Positions 54,400 through 64,000 of a DNA stretch of 64,000 bases are shown here, piece after piece (the first letter of the stretch is position 1; each line of letters opens with the position of its first letter). Source of the stretch: a virus; IMG/VR virus record IMGVR_UViG_3300025949_000016. One strand, written 5' to 3'. The translations under genes were made by a program, and so were the position numbers. Below the pieces are notes generated by a model. That model ran no database searches, had not been told where the DNA came from, and saw only the letters and a list, made by a program, of their open reading frames with translations.

Positions 54400-55038
54400 A
54401 TGAATCATTTAAAATTTAATCCAGATGAATCAAGTAAGATATGGATAACATCAGACTTCCATTTTAGTCATAAAAATATTATAAAATCAACCTCTAGTTG
54501 GCAATATAAAGATATATGTAGAGAGTTTGATAGCGTAGATCATCATGATCAGTATTTAGTTTATTTAATAAATAAGTACGTAAAATACAATCATACATTA
54601 ATCTTTGCAGGTGATTGGTCTTTTGCAGGATTTGAAAACATTGAAAAATTCTACTGGCAACTAGAATGTCATAATATCCATTTTGTATTAGGTAATCACG
54701 ATCATCATGTTGAAAAGAATAAAGAGAATATTCAAAAATTATTTCTATCTGTTCAAGATCGATTACATATAGAAATTGGAGATAGAAATTTTATCGTTCA
54801 ACACATTCCTTTAGAAACTTGGGAAGGAATATTTAAAGGTTGGTTTCATCTATTTGGCCACCAACATTCTAATAGAATAGGACCTGGAAGAAAAATGGAT
54901 ATTGGAATAGATAAAGCCGGTAATTTATATAAACCTTATAATATAGATGAAATCTTAGAAATATTAGAACCTATTGAAATTCAAGGAGGAATAGGCGATT
55001 CTAATATAGAAGTAGAAACAAAATTAAAAAGAAAATAA
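54400..55038 (+). CDS. Calcineurin-like metallophosphoesterase
   Basis: SDFHFSH, GDW, GNHD, FGHQH. Confidence 0.9.
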   Translation: MNHLKFNPDESSKIWITSDFHFSHKNIIKSTSSWQYKDICREFDSVDHHDQYLVYLINKYVKYNHTLIFAGDWSFAGFENIEKFYWQLECHNIHFVLGNHDHHVEKNKENIQKLFLSVQDRLHIEIGDRNFIVQHIPLETWEGIFKGWFHLFGHQHSNRIGPGRKMDIGIDKAGNLYKPYNIDEILEILEPIEIQGGIGDSNIEVETKLKRK

Positions 55039-55404
55039 TATGAAATTAGATCCCAGCTTTAAATTTGTACTAACGAAAGATCAGCAAGAAAAATTACTTG
55101 AAATGGCTAAGTGGACGTTTGAAGATTTAGAAGTAACAAGTAACCATTATGAGACATTTACTGTTAAATTGAAAAAAGATAATTCTTCAACATGGGAGTT
55201 TATAAATCATCTCACTTTATTACTTTTTCATATACCAATGAAACTTGGAATGGATGTTGTTATATGCGATCCTCAAAATCCTAATGTATTATTTGATCAA
55301 ATTTATGAAAAATATTGCATATATAATGATATACCAGAAAAAGCAGTTAGAAAAAGTAAATATAAAAATAGTATAGAATATGATGATGAGTGCTTATATA
55401 TGAT

Positions 55405-56130
55405 ATGAGAAGTTTAGTAGTAGGAGATTTACATGGAAATAATTATGCTTTTGAAAGAGCAATACAAGAATTTGAAAGAGAAAAGCAGGATGAAATAATA
55501 TTTATAGGTGATTACGTAGATGCCTATCATTATACAGATGTAGAAATACTCCATTTATTAAATCAAGTTATAAACTATAAGAAAGAAAACCCAGAAAAAG
55601 TTCAATTATTATTAGGCAATCACTGTGTCCAATATTATTACCTTGGAAATGACTGGTTTAAATGCTCTGGATTTAGAAAAACTTATGCACTTGAAGTTCA
55701 TAAGCTCTTTATGGATAATAAAGATCTCTTTAAGATAGGATATCAACAAGGAGAATATTTATTTACTCATGCTGGAATAACTAGTAAATGGTATGAAAGA
55801 TATTATGATCGCCTTATCTATCACTGTCCAGGAGATTTAAAGTATAATTTTGCAGATACATTAAATATTATGAAGGATACTTTTGATAATTGGATTCTGG
55901 GCTCAATAGGACGAATTAGAGGAGGTTTTGGAATAGGAGGACCCTTATGGGCAGATAAGTCTGAAATGGGTAAATATGAATCTTATAGAGGTTTTAAGCA
56001 AGTAGTTGGACACAGTCGTGTAAATGACATAATAGAAGAACCGTGGGATGTTACTTTTATAGATTGTCTTCATAGGAGAATAAAGTTTTTAACTATTGAT
56101 CATGAAAAGAAACAAGAAATATGTAATTGA
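55405..56130 (+). CDS. Calcineurin-like metallophosphoesterase (second)
   Basis: GDLHG, GDYVD, GNH, THAG, VGHS. Confidence 0.9.
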   Translation: MRSLVVGDLHGNNYAFERAIQEFEREKQDEIIFIGDYVDAYHYTDVEILHLLNQVINYKKENPEKVQLLLGNHCVQYYYLGNDWFKCSGFRKTYALEVHKLFMDNKDLFKIGYQQGEYLFTHAGITSKWYERYYDRLIYHCPGDLKYNFADTLNIMKDTFDNWILGSIGRIRGGFGIGGPLWADKSEMGKYESYRGFKQVVGHSRVNDIIEEPWDVTFIDCLHRRIKFLTIDHEKKQEICN

Positions 56131-56313
56131 ATATAGAAGAAAATTAAGAAACCTACAACATCCTCCAGAAAAGATACTTAGAAAAGTAGACCAACAGGAA
56201 GATGAAATAAAAAACTGGGAAAAAAGATACGGCTTTCATGAACTTCAACTGCCATTTTGGCAGCCAGTAACAGATGATTTACCTTTTCCTACACCACCCT
56301 ATTAAAAAATAAA

Positions 56314-56345
56314 TTTGGTAATTTCGTTTATTTGTTCTAACTTTG
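56314..56345 (+). promoter_or_regulatory. Bacteroidota-type promoter of the replication operon
   Basis: TTTG-N20-TAACTTTG. Confidence 0.8.
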
Positions 56346-56349
56346 CATC

Positions 56350-56892
56350 ATGAGGTTAGAAAACTTAGACGACGTACTAAAAGTATGTGCCAAAAATAAT
56401 ATCAGTCCCAATGAATACCTTTTGCTTTATTGTTTGTTGAAAAACAAACCATTACCTCCTCGTTTAAATGATGTTCATTATAAGATAACATTATTTGTAA
56501 CAGGATATTTAAATAATAAATATGAGCTTTTACCAAAAGCATTAAATCTCTTTTACGAAGAGATTGATACAGAAAAAGTAGAACAATATAGGTTATTGTG
56601 GCCGAGTTTAATATTACCTAGTGGTAAAAATGCACGTTGTTCATTAAAAGAATTGCAACCTAAATTCAAATGGTTCTTTGATAATTATGAATATGATTGG
56701 AATACAATAATGAAAGCTACTCAAGAATATATAAAATATTATAGTGAACGTGGTTATAACTTTATGAGAACCTCTTCTTATTTTATATATAAGGAAAGTG
56801 TTCCTAAATTTAGAACCTCAACACTAGCTGAATGGTGCGATAAAGTATTAAATGGAAATGCCCTACATGAGAGTTTTGATATAGATATATAA
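56350..56892 (+). CDS. Hypothetical protein, possibly replication initiator or helicase loader
   Basis: First gene before the helicase; C-terminal half resembles phage replication-organiser domains. Confidence 0.45.
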   Translation: MRLENLDDVLKVCAKNNISPNEYLLLYCLLKNKPLPPRLNDVHYKITLFVTGYLNNKYELLPKALNLFYEEIDTEKVEQYRLLWPSLILPSGKNARCSLKELQPKFKWFFDNYEYDWNTIMKATQEYIKYYSERGYNFMRTSSYFIYKESVPKFRTSTLAEWCDKVLNGNALHESFDIDI

Positions 56893-57926
56893 TGTCTTTA
56901 TTTAAGCGAGCGCTGGAGAGGATTGAAGAAAATAAATTAAAGAAATTTAATTGTATTCCATTTGATGAAAAATTACCAAGAACATCTGAATACTTAAGTG
57001 GACCTCAGCAAGGTAGATATTATATAGTTTCAGGAGCATCTGGTGCCGGTAAGTCACAATTAACAGATGAATTATTCGTATTTACTCCATTTGAATTTAC
57101 ATTAAATAATAAAGAAATAGATATAGATATTCTTTATTGGTCATTAGAGTTAGATGGAGAAACCAAAATGCATCAGTGGATTGCCAAAAGACTATATGAA
57201 AACTATGGCATAAGAACAAATGTAGATATAATTAGATCAGTTGGTAAAGTAAGAATCAATGATAATATTCATATGGCAGTTAAAGAAACCAATGAATATT
57301 TTAGTAAATTAGAATCAAAGTTAAAGTTTTATGAAGGTTCTTATAGCCCTTCTAATATAATAGAGGAGATTGAAAATTATTCAATTCAAAATGGAAAACT
57401 AGATAATAATGGAGTGTATATTCCAAATAATCCTAATAGATATGTAATAATAATAGTTGACCATGCTTCTTTATTATCGTTAGAACCTAATATGAATATT
57501 AAACTTTGTATAGAAAAGTTATCCAAATACTTTGTCAAATGTAAAAATAACTATAAATACATACCTGTTCTTATTCAGCAACAGAGTGCTGAGAAAGAAA
57601 ACGTAGATCATTATAAAGCATCTAAAATGGAGCCATCTAAAGATGGACTGGCAGAATCTAAGTTAACATATAATGATTGTGATGTAGCACTAGGTATATT
57701 TCAACCACAAAAACACGAAATAAGAAATTATAGAGGATATGATATGACACTCACAGGAGACGCTTATAGAAATTTCTCTATATTCAAAAACAGATTTGGT
57801 ATCTCAAATATAAATGTAGGTTTATATTTCGATGGTGCAACCAATTTCTGGAAAGAAATGCCCAAGAAGGAAAACATTAACACTACTCATTATGATATGA
57901 TTAGGAAAAGAAATCCTAATTGGTAA
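56892..57926 (+). CDS. DnaB-like replicative helicase
   Basis: Walker A GASGAGKS, SLE, IIIVDH, IQQQ, KNRFG. Confidence 0.88.
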   Translation: MSLFKRALERIEENKLKKFNCIPFDEKLPRTSEYLSGPQQGRYYIVSGASGAGKSQLTDELFVFTPFEFTLNNKEIDIDILYWSLELDGETKMHQWIAKRLYENYGIRTNVDIIRSVGKVRINDNIHMAVKETNEYFSKLESKLKFYEGSYSPSNIIEEIENYSIQNGKLDNNGVYIPNNPNRYVIIIVDHASLLSLEPNMNIKLCIEKLSKYFVKCKNNYKYIPVLIQQQSAEKENVDHYKASKMEPSKDGLAESKLTYNDCDVALGIFQPQKHEIRNYRGYDMTLTGDAYRNFSIFKNRFGISNINVGLYFDGATNFWKEMPKKENINTTHYDMIRKRNPNW

Positions 57927-58282
57927 ATGTATAAAGGCAAGCTAAGAAGAGATTTGAAAAACCAATTTTTAAGAATTAAAATCCAAAGAATGACTAAGAA
58001 AATCAATCAGAATCAATTAATCGGACAGTTTATCAGTAAAAATAAAAAAAGAAAATTAACCACTTATGAAATTACCACCATGGTAAATAAGGGACTTCCT
58101 AGAGGTGTAAAGAAGCTTACCCCTATACAGGTTAGTAAGTGCTTAAGTAGGTTTAGTATAAAAGGTGTAGTAAAAATTGCAGATTCTAATGGTGTTCATC
58201 CCAAAACTGGCCTAAAAGCCAATAGATGGACATATAGTGCGTAAGTAGTGATTCTTAGTTTGCCTTTATTTAAAAAGTAAAT

Positions 58283-58786
58283 ATGAAAAATATAATATGT
58301 ATAGGTCCAATATGCTCTGGAAAAACTACGTGGTCTTTAGATTTTGTTAGAAATAACGATGATTATATAAGATTTAGTCTAGATGAGTTTAGAATGATGA
58401 CAAATGGCTCTATATCATCCGATAAAATTGATGATAGATTTATGGCCATTATGTACAACTTTATAATAAATATAAACTTTCATAAAAAAGGATTAATAAT
58501 AGATAATCTTCCACTCAATATTGATTGGTTTAATGTAGTACTAAACGGCAGCTCTAAAGACGTGCAGATAAAACTCTTCGATGTAGAATTAAGAGAATCT
58601 ATACTTAGAAATCATAAAAGAAAAAGAGAAGGTGGTCATTTTTTACTTCCAACAGTTATTTCAGAATATATGGAAAAATACAGAAATTTCTTAGACTCAA
58701 ATGAATTTAAGAAATTTACAATAAATAAAAGAGTAGAAGTAATAATAGATGATTTTGTAAATATAAATAAACAATTTATTGCGTAA
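58283..58786 (+). CDS. P-loop kinase (polynucleotide kinase-like, AAA_33)
   Basis: GPICSGKTTW, SLDEFR, IIDN, RNHKR lid. Confidence 0.8.
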   Translation: MKNIICIGPICSGKTTWSLDFVRNNDDYIRFSLDEFRMMTNGSISSDKIDDRFMAIMYNFIININFHKKGLIIDNLPLNIDWFNVVLNGSSKDVQIKLFDVELRESILRNHKRKREGGHFLLPTVISEYMEKYRNFLDSNEFKKFTINKRVEVIIDDFVNINKQFIA

Positions 58787-58812
58787 AATGAAAATGAAAA
58801 CTATGAAAACGA

Positions 58813-59496
58813 ATGGCTAATTCTGCACTAATTTTTGGTGAATCTAAAACAGGTAAGTCAACTTCTATTGAAAAGTTAGATCCTGCTACAACTTTTATTA
58901 TCAATGTGGCAGATAAACCTCTACCTTTTAGAGGTTGGAGGTCTAAATATGTACCATTTAATTCTAAAGAAAAGACAGGAAATATTATTTCTATAAGAAG
59001 AGTTGATCATATATTAAAAGTATTAGATATAATAGATAAAGAAATGCCACACGTTAAAACAATTGTGTTGGAAGATTTTCAATATATGTCTGCATTTGAA
59101 TTTATGCTAAGAATAAAAGAGAATGGATACAATAAGTTTAATGATATAGCTAGTAATATTTTAACAGTTGCTAGTATTAAGCCTCAAGAAATGAGGAAAG
59201 ATCTTATTATCTTTTATTTAAATCATGAAGAAGATGAAGTTGATGATAAAGGAGTAGTTAAAATAAGAGCAAAAACCTGCGGAAAGTTAATTAATAAGCT
59301 TATAACTTTTGAAGGATTATTTACTACTGTTTTAAGATCTAATAATAGAAGTGGTGAGAAAGGTATTGAATATTTCTTTGAAACCCAAAGTAATGGAACA
59401 ACTACCGCAGGTACTCCAAAAGGAATGTTTGAAGAAGTAGAAATACCTAACGACCTTGAACTAGTCAGGAAAGCCATTATAGATTACGAACAATAA
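58813..59496 (+). CDS. Sak4-like (AAA_24) ATPase / ssDNA-annealing protein
   Basis: GESKTGKST, KPLPF, EDFQY, KTCGKL, EGLFT.VL, IPNDL. Confidence 0.8.
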   Translation: MANSALIFGESKTGKSTSIEKLDPATTFIINVADKPLPFRGWRSKYVPFNSKEKTGNIISIRRVDHILKVLDIIDKEMPHVKTIVLEDFQYMSAFEFMLRIKENGYNKFNDIASNILTVASIKPQEMRKDLIIFYLNHEEDEVDDKGVVKIRAKTCGKLINKLITFEGLFTTVLRSNNRSGEKGIEYFFETQSNGTTTAGTPKGMFEEVEIPNDLELVRKAIIDYEQ

Positions 59497-59518
59497 TAAA
59501 AATTAAATTCCGTATAAT

Positions 59519-60160
59519 ATGAATTATGATTTGTCAAAACTAGACGCGAGTCAAAAGCAAGCCAATTTATCCCCTTATCTTACCTATGGATCTAATCAAG
59601 TATTGAAGATTAATGACATTGAGTTAAAGTATTCTAAGAATACTGGATCTCCAAAGGCCATTCTTCATATGGAAACTCCTCCTATAACAACGGATGGATT
59701 TACTCCACTAGAAGGATTTAAAGGTAAAGTTGGTAAAGTTGCTTGTGGTGTATATATGAAAGATGAATCTTCTAAACAATTATTTCTTAGAAAGATGCTT
59801 ACAATTGCTATTGCAATGGGTATTGATGATGAAATAAGAGGATTTAAGGGAGATTCTTTTCAAACTATTGTAGGTAAAATAGCCGACGTTTTTAATAAGA
59901 ACGGTAAGTTTGCTAGGTTTACTGTATTTGGAGAAGAATATCCTAAGATGGGCGGTAAATATGGAGTAACACTTTCCTTACCTAGAACAAACTTTGTAGA
60001 AGCAGAAAATGCCGATCCTTCTATGCTTGTTCAATTTGATAAGAATGATCCTTGGCATTATAAAAAGCTTCCTGAAGGAACATCTATAGAAGGTTTTCAT
60101 GATAATGGTACAGGTAGTGGAGGTAGTTTAGATAGTGATGTTCAAGATCTCCCTTTTTAA
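59519..60160 (+). CDS. Probable single-stranded DNA-binding protein
   Basis: Follows the Sak4-like gene; Gly/acidic tail ending DLPF. Confidence 0.65.
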   Translation: MNYDLSKLDASQKQANLSPYLTYGSNQVLKINDIELKYSKNTGSPKAILHMETPPITTDGFTPLEGFKGKVGKVACGVYMKDESSKQLFLRKMLTIAIAMGIDDEIRGFKGDSFQTIVGKIADVFNKNGKFARFTVFGEEYPKMGGKYGVTLSLPRTNFVEAENADPSMLVQFDKNDPWHYKKLPEGTSIEGFHDNGTGSGGSLDSDVQDLPF

Positions 60161-60190
60161 GCTGTTGTTAAAATCCATATATTAAAATTG

Positions 60191-60216
60191 AAGCCTCTCC
60201 CTTGCGAGAGGCTTTT
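60191..60216 (+). terminator. Intrinsic terminator
   Basis: AAGCCTCTC/GAGAGGCTT plus T. Confidence 0.75.
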
Positions 60217-60228
60217 AAATTGAATGAA

Positions 60229-61227
60229 ATGTATAAATATGACTTAAACAATATTATTGAAACAATAAACGATGTACCGGAGGAGTGGATTTACAAGTAT
60301 TATTATGAACAGAGATTCTTAGGTGATCCCAATCCTTTAAGAGGGAAAATCTATCAACCGTTTGATGGTAGAATAATAAGAGTGAGATCTGCTGTTTCTA
60401 GAGATACAAATCCATCACTGGTATTTTATTATAAAAATGGACACTACTTATGGAATGATTTTTCTAGTGGTATGAAAGGAGATGCCGTAGCTTTTGTATC
60501 TTATATTCTAAATAAAAATAGAAGTCAAGCAGAAATTAACATTTTATATAGTTATGAAGAATTCTTATCCAATGGAGGAGAAATTAAACCTATTATTATA
60601 AGGGAAAGAGAAAAAGCAATCTTTGAACCAATAACAAAATCATTTTCTCAATATTCTATAGAAGACTTTGCAAGTTATAAAATATCTCTTTCTACATTAA
60701 ATTTCTATAAAGTTAAACAATTAGATGAATACAAAATAAAAAAAGGTTCTACTATTACTACTCATACAGGATATACTTTCGGATTTTTTTGCAATAAAGG
60801 ATTATATCAAATATATAGTCCTGGAATGGAGAAAAATAAATATATCCATGTTGATACGTCTTATCTTATAGGTAGTGAACAATTAGAATTTAAAAGTGAT
60901 AATTGTCTAATCATATCTGGCCTTAAAGATATAATGGCACTTAGAGACCTTCAGTTAGACGTTGAATGTGTTGCAGGTTTATCAGAAACTTCTTTATTAT
61001 CATATGATCAAATAGACTTTTTACGCAGTCATTATAAATTTATATTAACTATGTTTGATAATGATAGAGCAGGATTAGAAGGTATGAGAAGATATAAAAA
61101 AGTGTATGATATAGACTTTGTGCATGTTCAAATGGAAAAAGATTTAGCTGAAAATAACCGGTCATACAGTCCAGAGTTTCTAAGAGCTGGTTATACTATA
61201 CTTATAAATAAAAAAATTAATATGTGA
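60229..61227 (+). CDS. DNA primase (TOPRIM)
   Basis: DTNPS, WNDF..G.KGD, GLKDIMAL, SET, FDNDRAG, KDLAE; likely start is ATG 60229. Confidence 0.82.
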   Translation: MYKYDLNNIIETINDVPEEWIYKYYYEQRFLGDPNPLRGKIYQPFDGRIIRVRSAVSRDTNPSLVFYYKNGHYLWNDFSSGMKGDAVAFVSYILNKNRSQAEINILYSYEEFLSNGGEIKPIIIREREKAIFEPITKSFSQYSIEDFASYKISLSTLNFYKVKQLDEYKIKKGSTITTHTGYTFGFFCNKGLYQIYSPGMEKNKYIHVDTSYLIGSEQLEFKSDNCLIISGLKDIMALRDLQLDVECVAGLSETSLLSYDQIDFLRSHYKFILTMFDNDRAGLEGMRRYKKVYDIDFVHVQMEKDLAENNRSYSPEFLRAGYTILINKKINM

Positions 61228-61549
61228 AAAATAACCTTAAAATATTATTATCAGCTTATGATGCAAAAGAAAGGCTAATATCTCATTTTGGAATAATTGA
61301 AGTAGGTTTAAAAAGTGGTCAGCATTTAAGAAATGAAATGAAATTTGAGTTTGATAAATTTACTAAATATAATGGGTTTAAACCTAGTTATATGTCTTGC
61401 AGGTTTATATTTATAGATCCAGATAAAGAAGATATTGAATATAGAAAATGTCAACGTTGGCCAGGTTATGAAATTATAAGTAATAAATTTCAAACTACTT
61501 TATTTTACTATAAACCAGATATTGGTGTACAATATAAAACTATTTAGTT

Positions 61550-61954
61550 ATGAATAAGTGTTGTTTTTATGGATCACTTAGAAAGGCTATGTATAATTAT
61601 ACTAAAATAATTAATAAGCATGGAGTAAATTCAATGAAATATATAAAGACTATAAAACTTCCTGGATTTACTTTATACGATACTAATTTAGGATACCCGA
61701 CCGCTATTAGATCTTTCGGTGATAATATAATAGTAGTAGATCTATTTGAATTAGATGATCATGCATTTGAATCCATAGAGTATATGGAAGTTAATGCAGG
61801 TTATGAAGAAGATTTTGTGAGTATTGACGACCAAACATATAGTATATTCTTATTTAGCTCCAATCAAATAGAAGAAAACTTTAAATTAATCACAAGTGGT
61901 GATTGGATAATGTACGTTAATAAATCAATCTTTATAAAACAATTAAATAATTAA
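61550..61954 (+). CDS. Gamma-glutamylcyclotransferase (AIG2-like)
   Basis: FYGSLRK..YN, GYPTA, E..E...GY, SGDW. Confidence 0.82.
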   Translation: MNKCCFYGSLRKAMYNYTKIINKHGVNSMKYIKTIKLPGFTLYDTNLGYPTAIRSFGDNIIVVDLFELDDHAFESIEYMEVNAGYEEDFVSIDDQTYSIFLFSSNQIEENFKLITSGDWIMYVNKSIFIKQLNN

Positions 61955-61957
61955 GAT

Positions 61958-63734
61958 ATGTTAATGCAATCTAAGAAAAAAGTTAAGAAAGTTAATTCTC
62001 AATTAAAACCTAAACCAACTCATTTTTATCTTAGAATATTTTCAAGGCATCCTAGTACAGAAAAGATTAGACATAAAATACTTGTTCCAAAAGTTAAAGC
62101 TGTTTATAGACATGGATCTACCACTGTATCTAATTTTGAATATGAAGTTAATAGTATTGACTGTATAAAGAATAGTGCTGATAAACTATTAATGAAAAAA
62201 TGCTTTGATAAAGCAGAAGTTCATCATGCTCCTTGGTTTCATATGAGTGAGATTGAATCTAAGAAGAAAGAGTTTGAAGAATTTCTAAAAAAGATTGATT
62301 TTGAAAAAGATAAAGAGTCTTTCTTAATTATTAAGAATCGTTGGGGATCTAGAGGAGTTGGTGAAATATCTTTTGGTTAATTGAAAGATTTTTCGTATAT
62401 TGTTATATGGAAGAAAAAATAACAATATATGCATTGATTGATCCAATATCACTAAAAATTAGATATATTGGTAGAACAAAATGCTCCCTTAAAAAAAGAT
62501 TAAGAGAACATATAAGTAAAGCTAAAAATAATTATAACAATACTCATAAATCAAATTGGATTAAAAGTCTTTTAAGGATTAATCTAAAACCTTTTATAAG
62601 AAAACTAACTATTATAGATGGGTGGACAGAATCTCATAAATTTGAAAGATATTTAATTAATAAATATAAGCATAGGCTTTTGAATCACGATGATAGAGGT
62701 GAAGGTGAGATGTTTAGAGAAATTTCACTTGAGCAAAGAAAAAAAATTTCAAATACTTTAAAAGAATACTTTGAAATAAATAAAAATAATCTATCTTGGT
62801 GTAAGAAAGTATATGCATATTCTTATGATGGAGTGTTTATAAGTGAGCATCCATCAATAAGACAAGCAAGTAAGGATTTAAGAGTAAAGGAAAGAACTAT
62901 AAGAAATAGTTGTTATAATAAAACAAAATATCCAAAAATTGGTCATAAACAATTTAGCTTTATAAAAGTAGAATCAATGAAAAATTGGACAATAAAAACA
63001 GAGAGTTAATTGCCGTGTTATGTGGTAACACATAATATTATTATTGAGTAAAATCGGTGAATTCTGAGAAGAAAATACCGAGCTAATTTCTGAAAATAAA
63101 GAGTCAGAAACAGTGTAACGCATAGGAACTGAAACTAGAAATAGAATATAATGTTCCCAAGAGTGCTCGACATCCTAATGGGATGAAAATATATGCTGAG
63201 CTTACAAGAATTTGAATTGTAAGAACTAAAGGATAAAAAGCCTTTAGGATAACAAAACTGAACTATTTAATAAAAACAAAAGTAGATCTTGATAAATTCA
63301 TTAAAGATAAATCAAAGAGTCTTGAAAATTATATTATTGAAGAATATAAAAACTATAGCGTAGAATATAGGTTACATGTAAGTAGAGAAGGATGTTTCTA
63401 TGCTTGTAGAAAGGTTCTTAAAAAAGATACTCCTAAGGAAAATAGGTTTCAAAGACATGATGATAATTGCTCTTGGTTAGTAGAAACCAATCCAGGATTT
63501 AATAAGCCAGAAAACTGGAATGAAATAGTAGAAGACTGCAAGAAAGCAGTAGTTGCAATGGATGCTGATGTGTTAGCTTTTGATGTTAAGTGTACTTCTA
63601 TTAAGGATAAGAAGGATAAAAAGTGTAGATTTATTCTTATAGAAAGTTGCAGTGCAGCATCTTTTGGAGATAAAACTGCGGAAAAATACATTCAAGAGTT
63701 ACCTAAAATATTAAAATTAAAGTACGGACTATGA
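61958..63734 (+). CDS. ATP-grasp ligase, split: exon 1 61958-62362, exon 2 63261-63734 (292 aa spliced)
   Basis: Joined reading WGSRGVG/NYLI; NSADKLLMK, IIEEY..EYRLHV, AFDV, ILIESCSA typical of ATP-grasp; exon 2 has no start codon of its own. Confidence 0.8.
62372..62403 (+). promoter_or_regulatory. Intron-internal promoter for the endonuclease
   Basis: TTTG-N20-TATATTGT immediately before ATG 62407. Confidence 0.55.
62407..63009 (+). CDS. Intron-encoded GIY-YIG homing endonuclease with NUMOD-type tail
   Basis: TIYALID..IRYIGRT...KRLREH, E..LI, LLN; KKISNTLK; KVYAYSYDG...SIRQAS. Confidence 0.88.
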   Translation: MEEKITIYALIDPISLKIRYIGRTKCSLKKRLREHISKAKNNYNNTHKSNWIKSLLRINLKPFIRKLTIIDGWTESHKFERYLINKYKHRLLNHDDRGEGEMFREISLEQRKKISNTLKEYFEINKNNLSWCKKVYAYSYDGVFISEHPSIRQASKDLRVKERTIRNSCYNKTKYPKIGHKQFSFIKVESMKNWTIKTES

Positions 63735-64000
63735 AAATTATAGATGAAGTAAGTTCAAAATATAACCTATTTGAGATAGGACATGGGCAAAGAGAGGTTC
63801 AATTTGCATTTATAGATGGAAAAACTGGTAAAACGATAACTCCATTCTGTAGATGCAAGGATTATTTTAATGATATGTTCTTTTCAAATAAGATAGGTAA
63901 GGAACTAAGTATTTATGGATTTCATTGGAAGCCTAATCAAGACGAAGGTATTTTAGATAGAAATACAATGACAGTGGCTGTTAGATTAAGGGATCAACAT
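63731..64000 (+). CDS. Hypothetical protein, truncated by the window end
   Basis: Open frame MKIIDEV...FCRCKDYFND overlapping the exon 2 stop. Confidence 0.7.
   Translation, partial: MKIIDEVSSKYNLFEIGHGQREVQFAFIDGKTGKTITPFCRCKDYFNDMFFSNKIGKELSIYGFHWKPNQDEGILDRNTMTVAVRLRDQH

Larger units (their letters stand above)
62363..63260 (+). mobile_element. Group I intron carrying a homing endonuclease
   Basis: Exon 1 ends in U and intron ends in G; core after the ORF: TTGAGTA/TGCTCGA (P3), TCGGT/ACCGA (P4), GTAACGCATAG...ATATATGCTG (P7); removal restores the frame. Confidence 0.88.

Noticed and set aside
63449-63691. - strand 80-aa ORF
   Set aside because: Antisense to exon 2 of the ATP-grasp gene
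1-64000. Stop-codon reassignment as in some crAss-like phages
   Set aside because: Long genes are intact in the standard code; TAA, TAG and TGA all terminate genes; no suppressor tRNA seen

Overview
AT-rich segment of a large dsDNA phage, almost certainly infecting Bacteroidota. Evidence: repeated TTTG-N19/20-TAnnTTTG-type promoters, no Shine-Dalgarno pattern, and signal peptides followed by Gln. The genetic code is standard. Layout: (1) 1-30.4 kb, + strand accessory region of many short hypothetical genes plus YspA/SLOG, sigma-like factor, vWA, TerC, SRAP, HNH, GIY-YIG and macrodomain genes, tRNA-Arg, a tmRNA and an unusually rich set of structured non-coding elements. (2) 30.4-47.7 kb, mostly - strand lysis and fibre/adhesin module. 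(3) 47.7-56.3 kb, + strand accessory genes interrupted by a - strand cassette (promoter, ~340-nt structured leader, DUF559-like nuclease, RNase HI). (4) 56.3-64 kb, replication genes (DnaB-like helicase, Sak4-like ATPase, SSB-like, primase), then a gamma-glutamylcyclotransferase and an ATP-grasp gene split by a group I intron carrying a GIY-YIG endonuclease. Most notable: a tandem array of distinct structured RNAs, each clamped by a long terminal stem (2.6-4.9 kb, more at 17.5 and 24 kb); several tRNA-like RNAs with disrupted anticodon arms; fibre/tailspike-like proteins carrying Sec signal peptides; the leader/G-tract/nuclease/RNase H cassette; and a tmRNA with a 29-aa tag. All protein calls come from motif recognition by eye and all RNA structures from manual pairing. 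No database searches were run.
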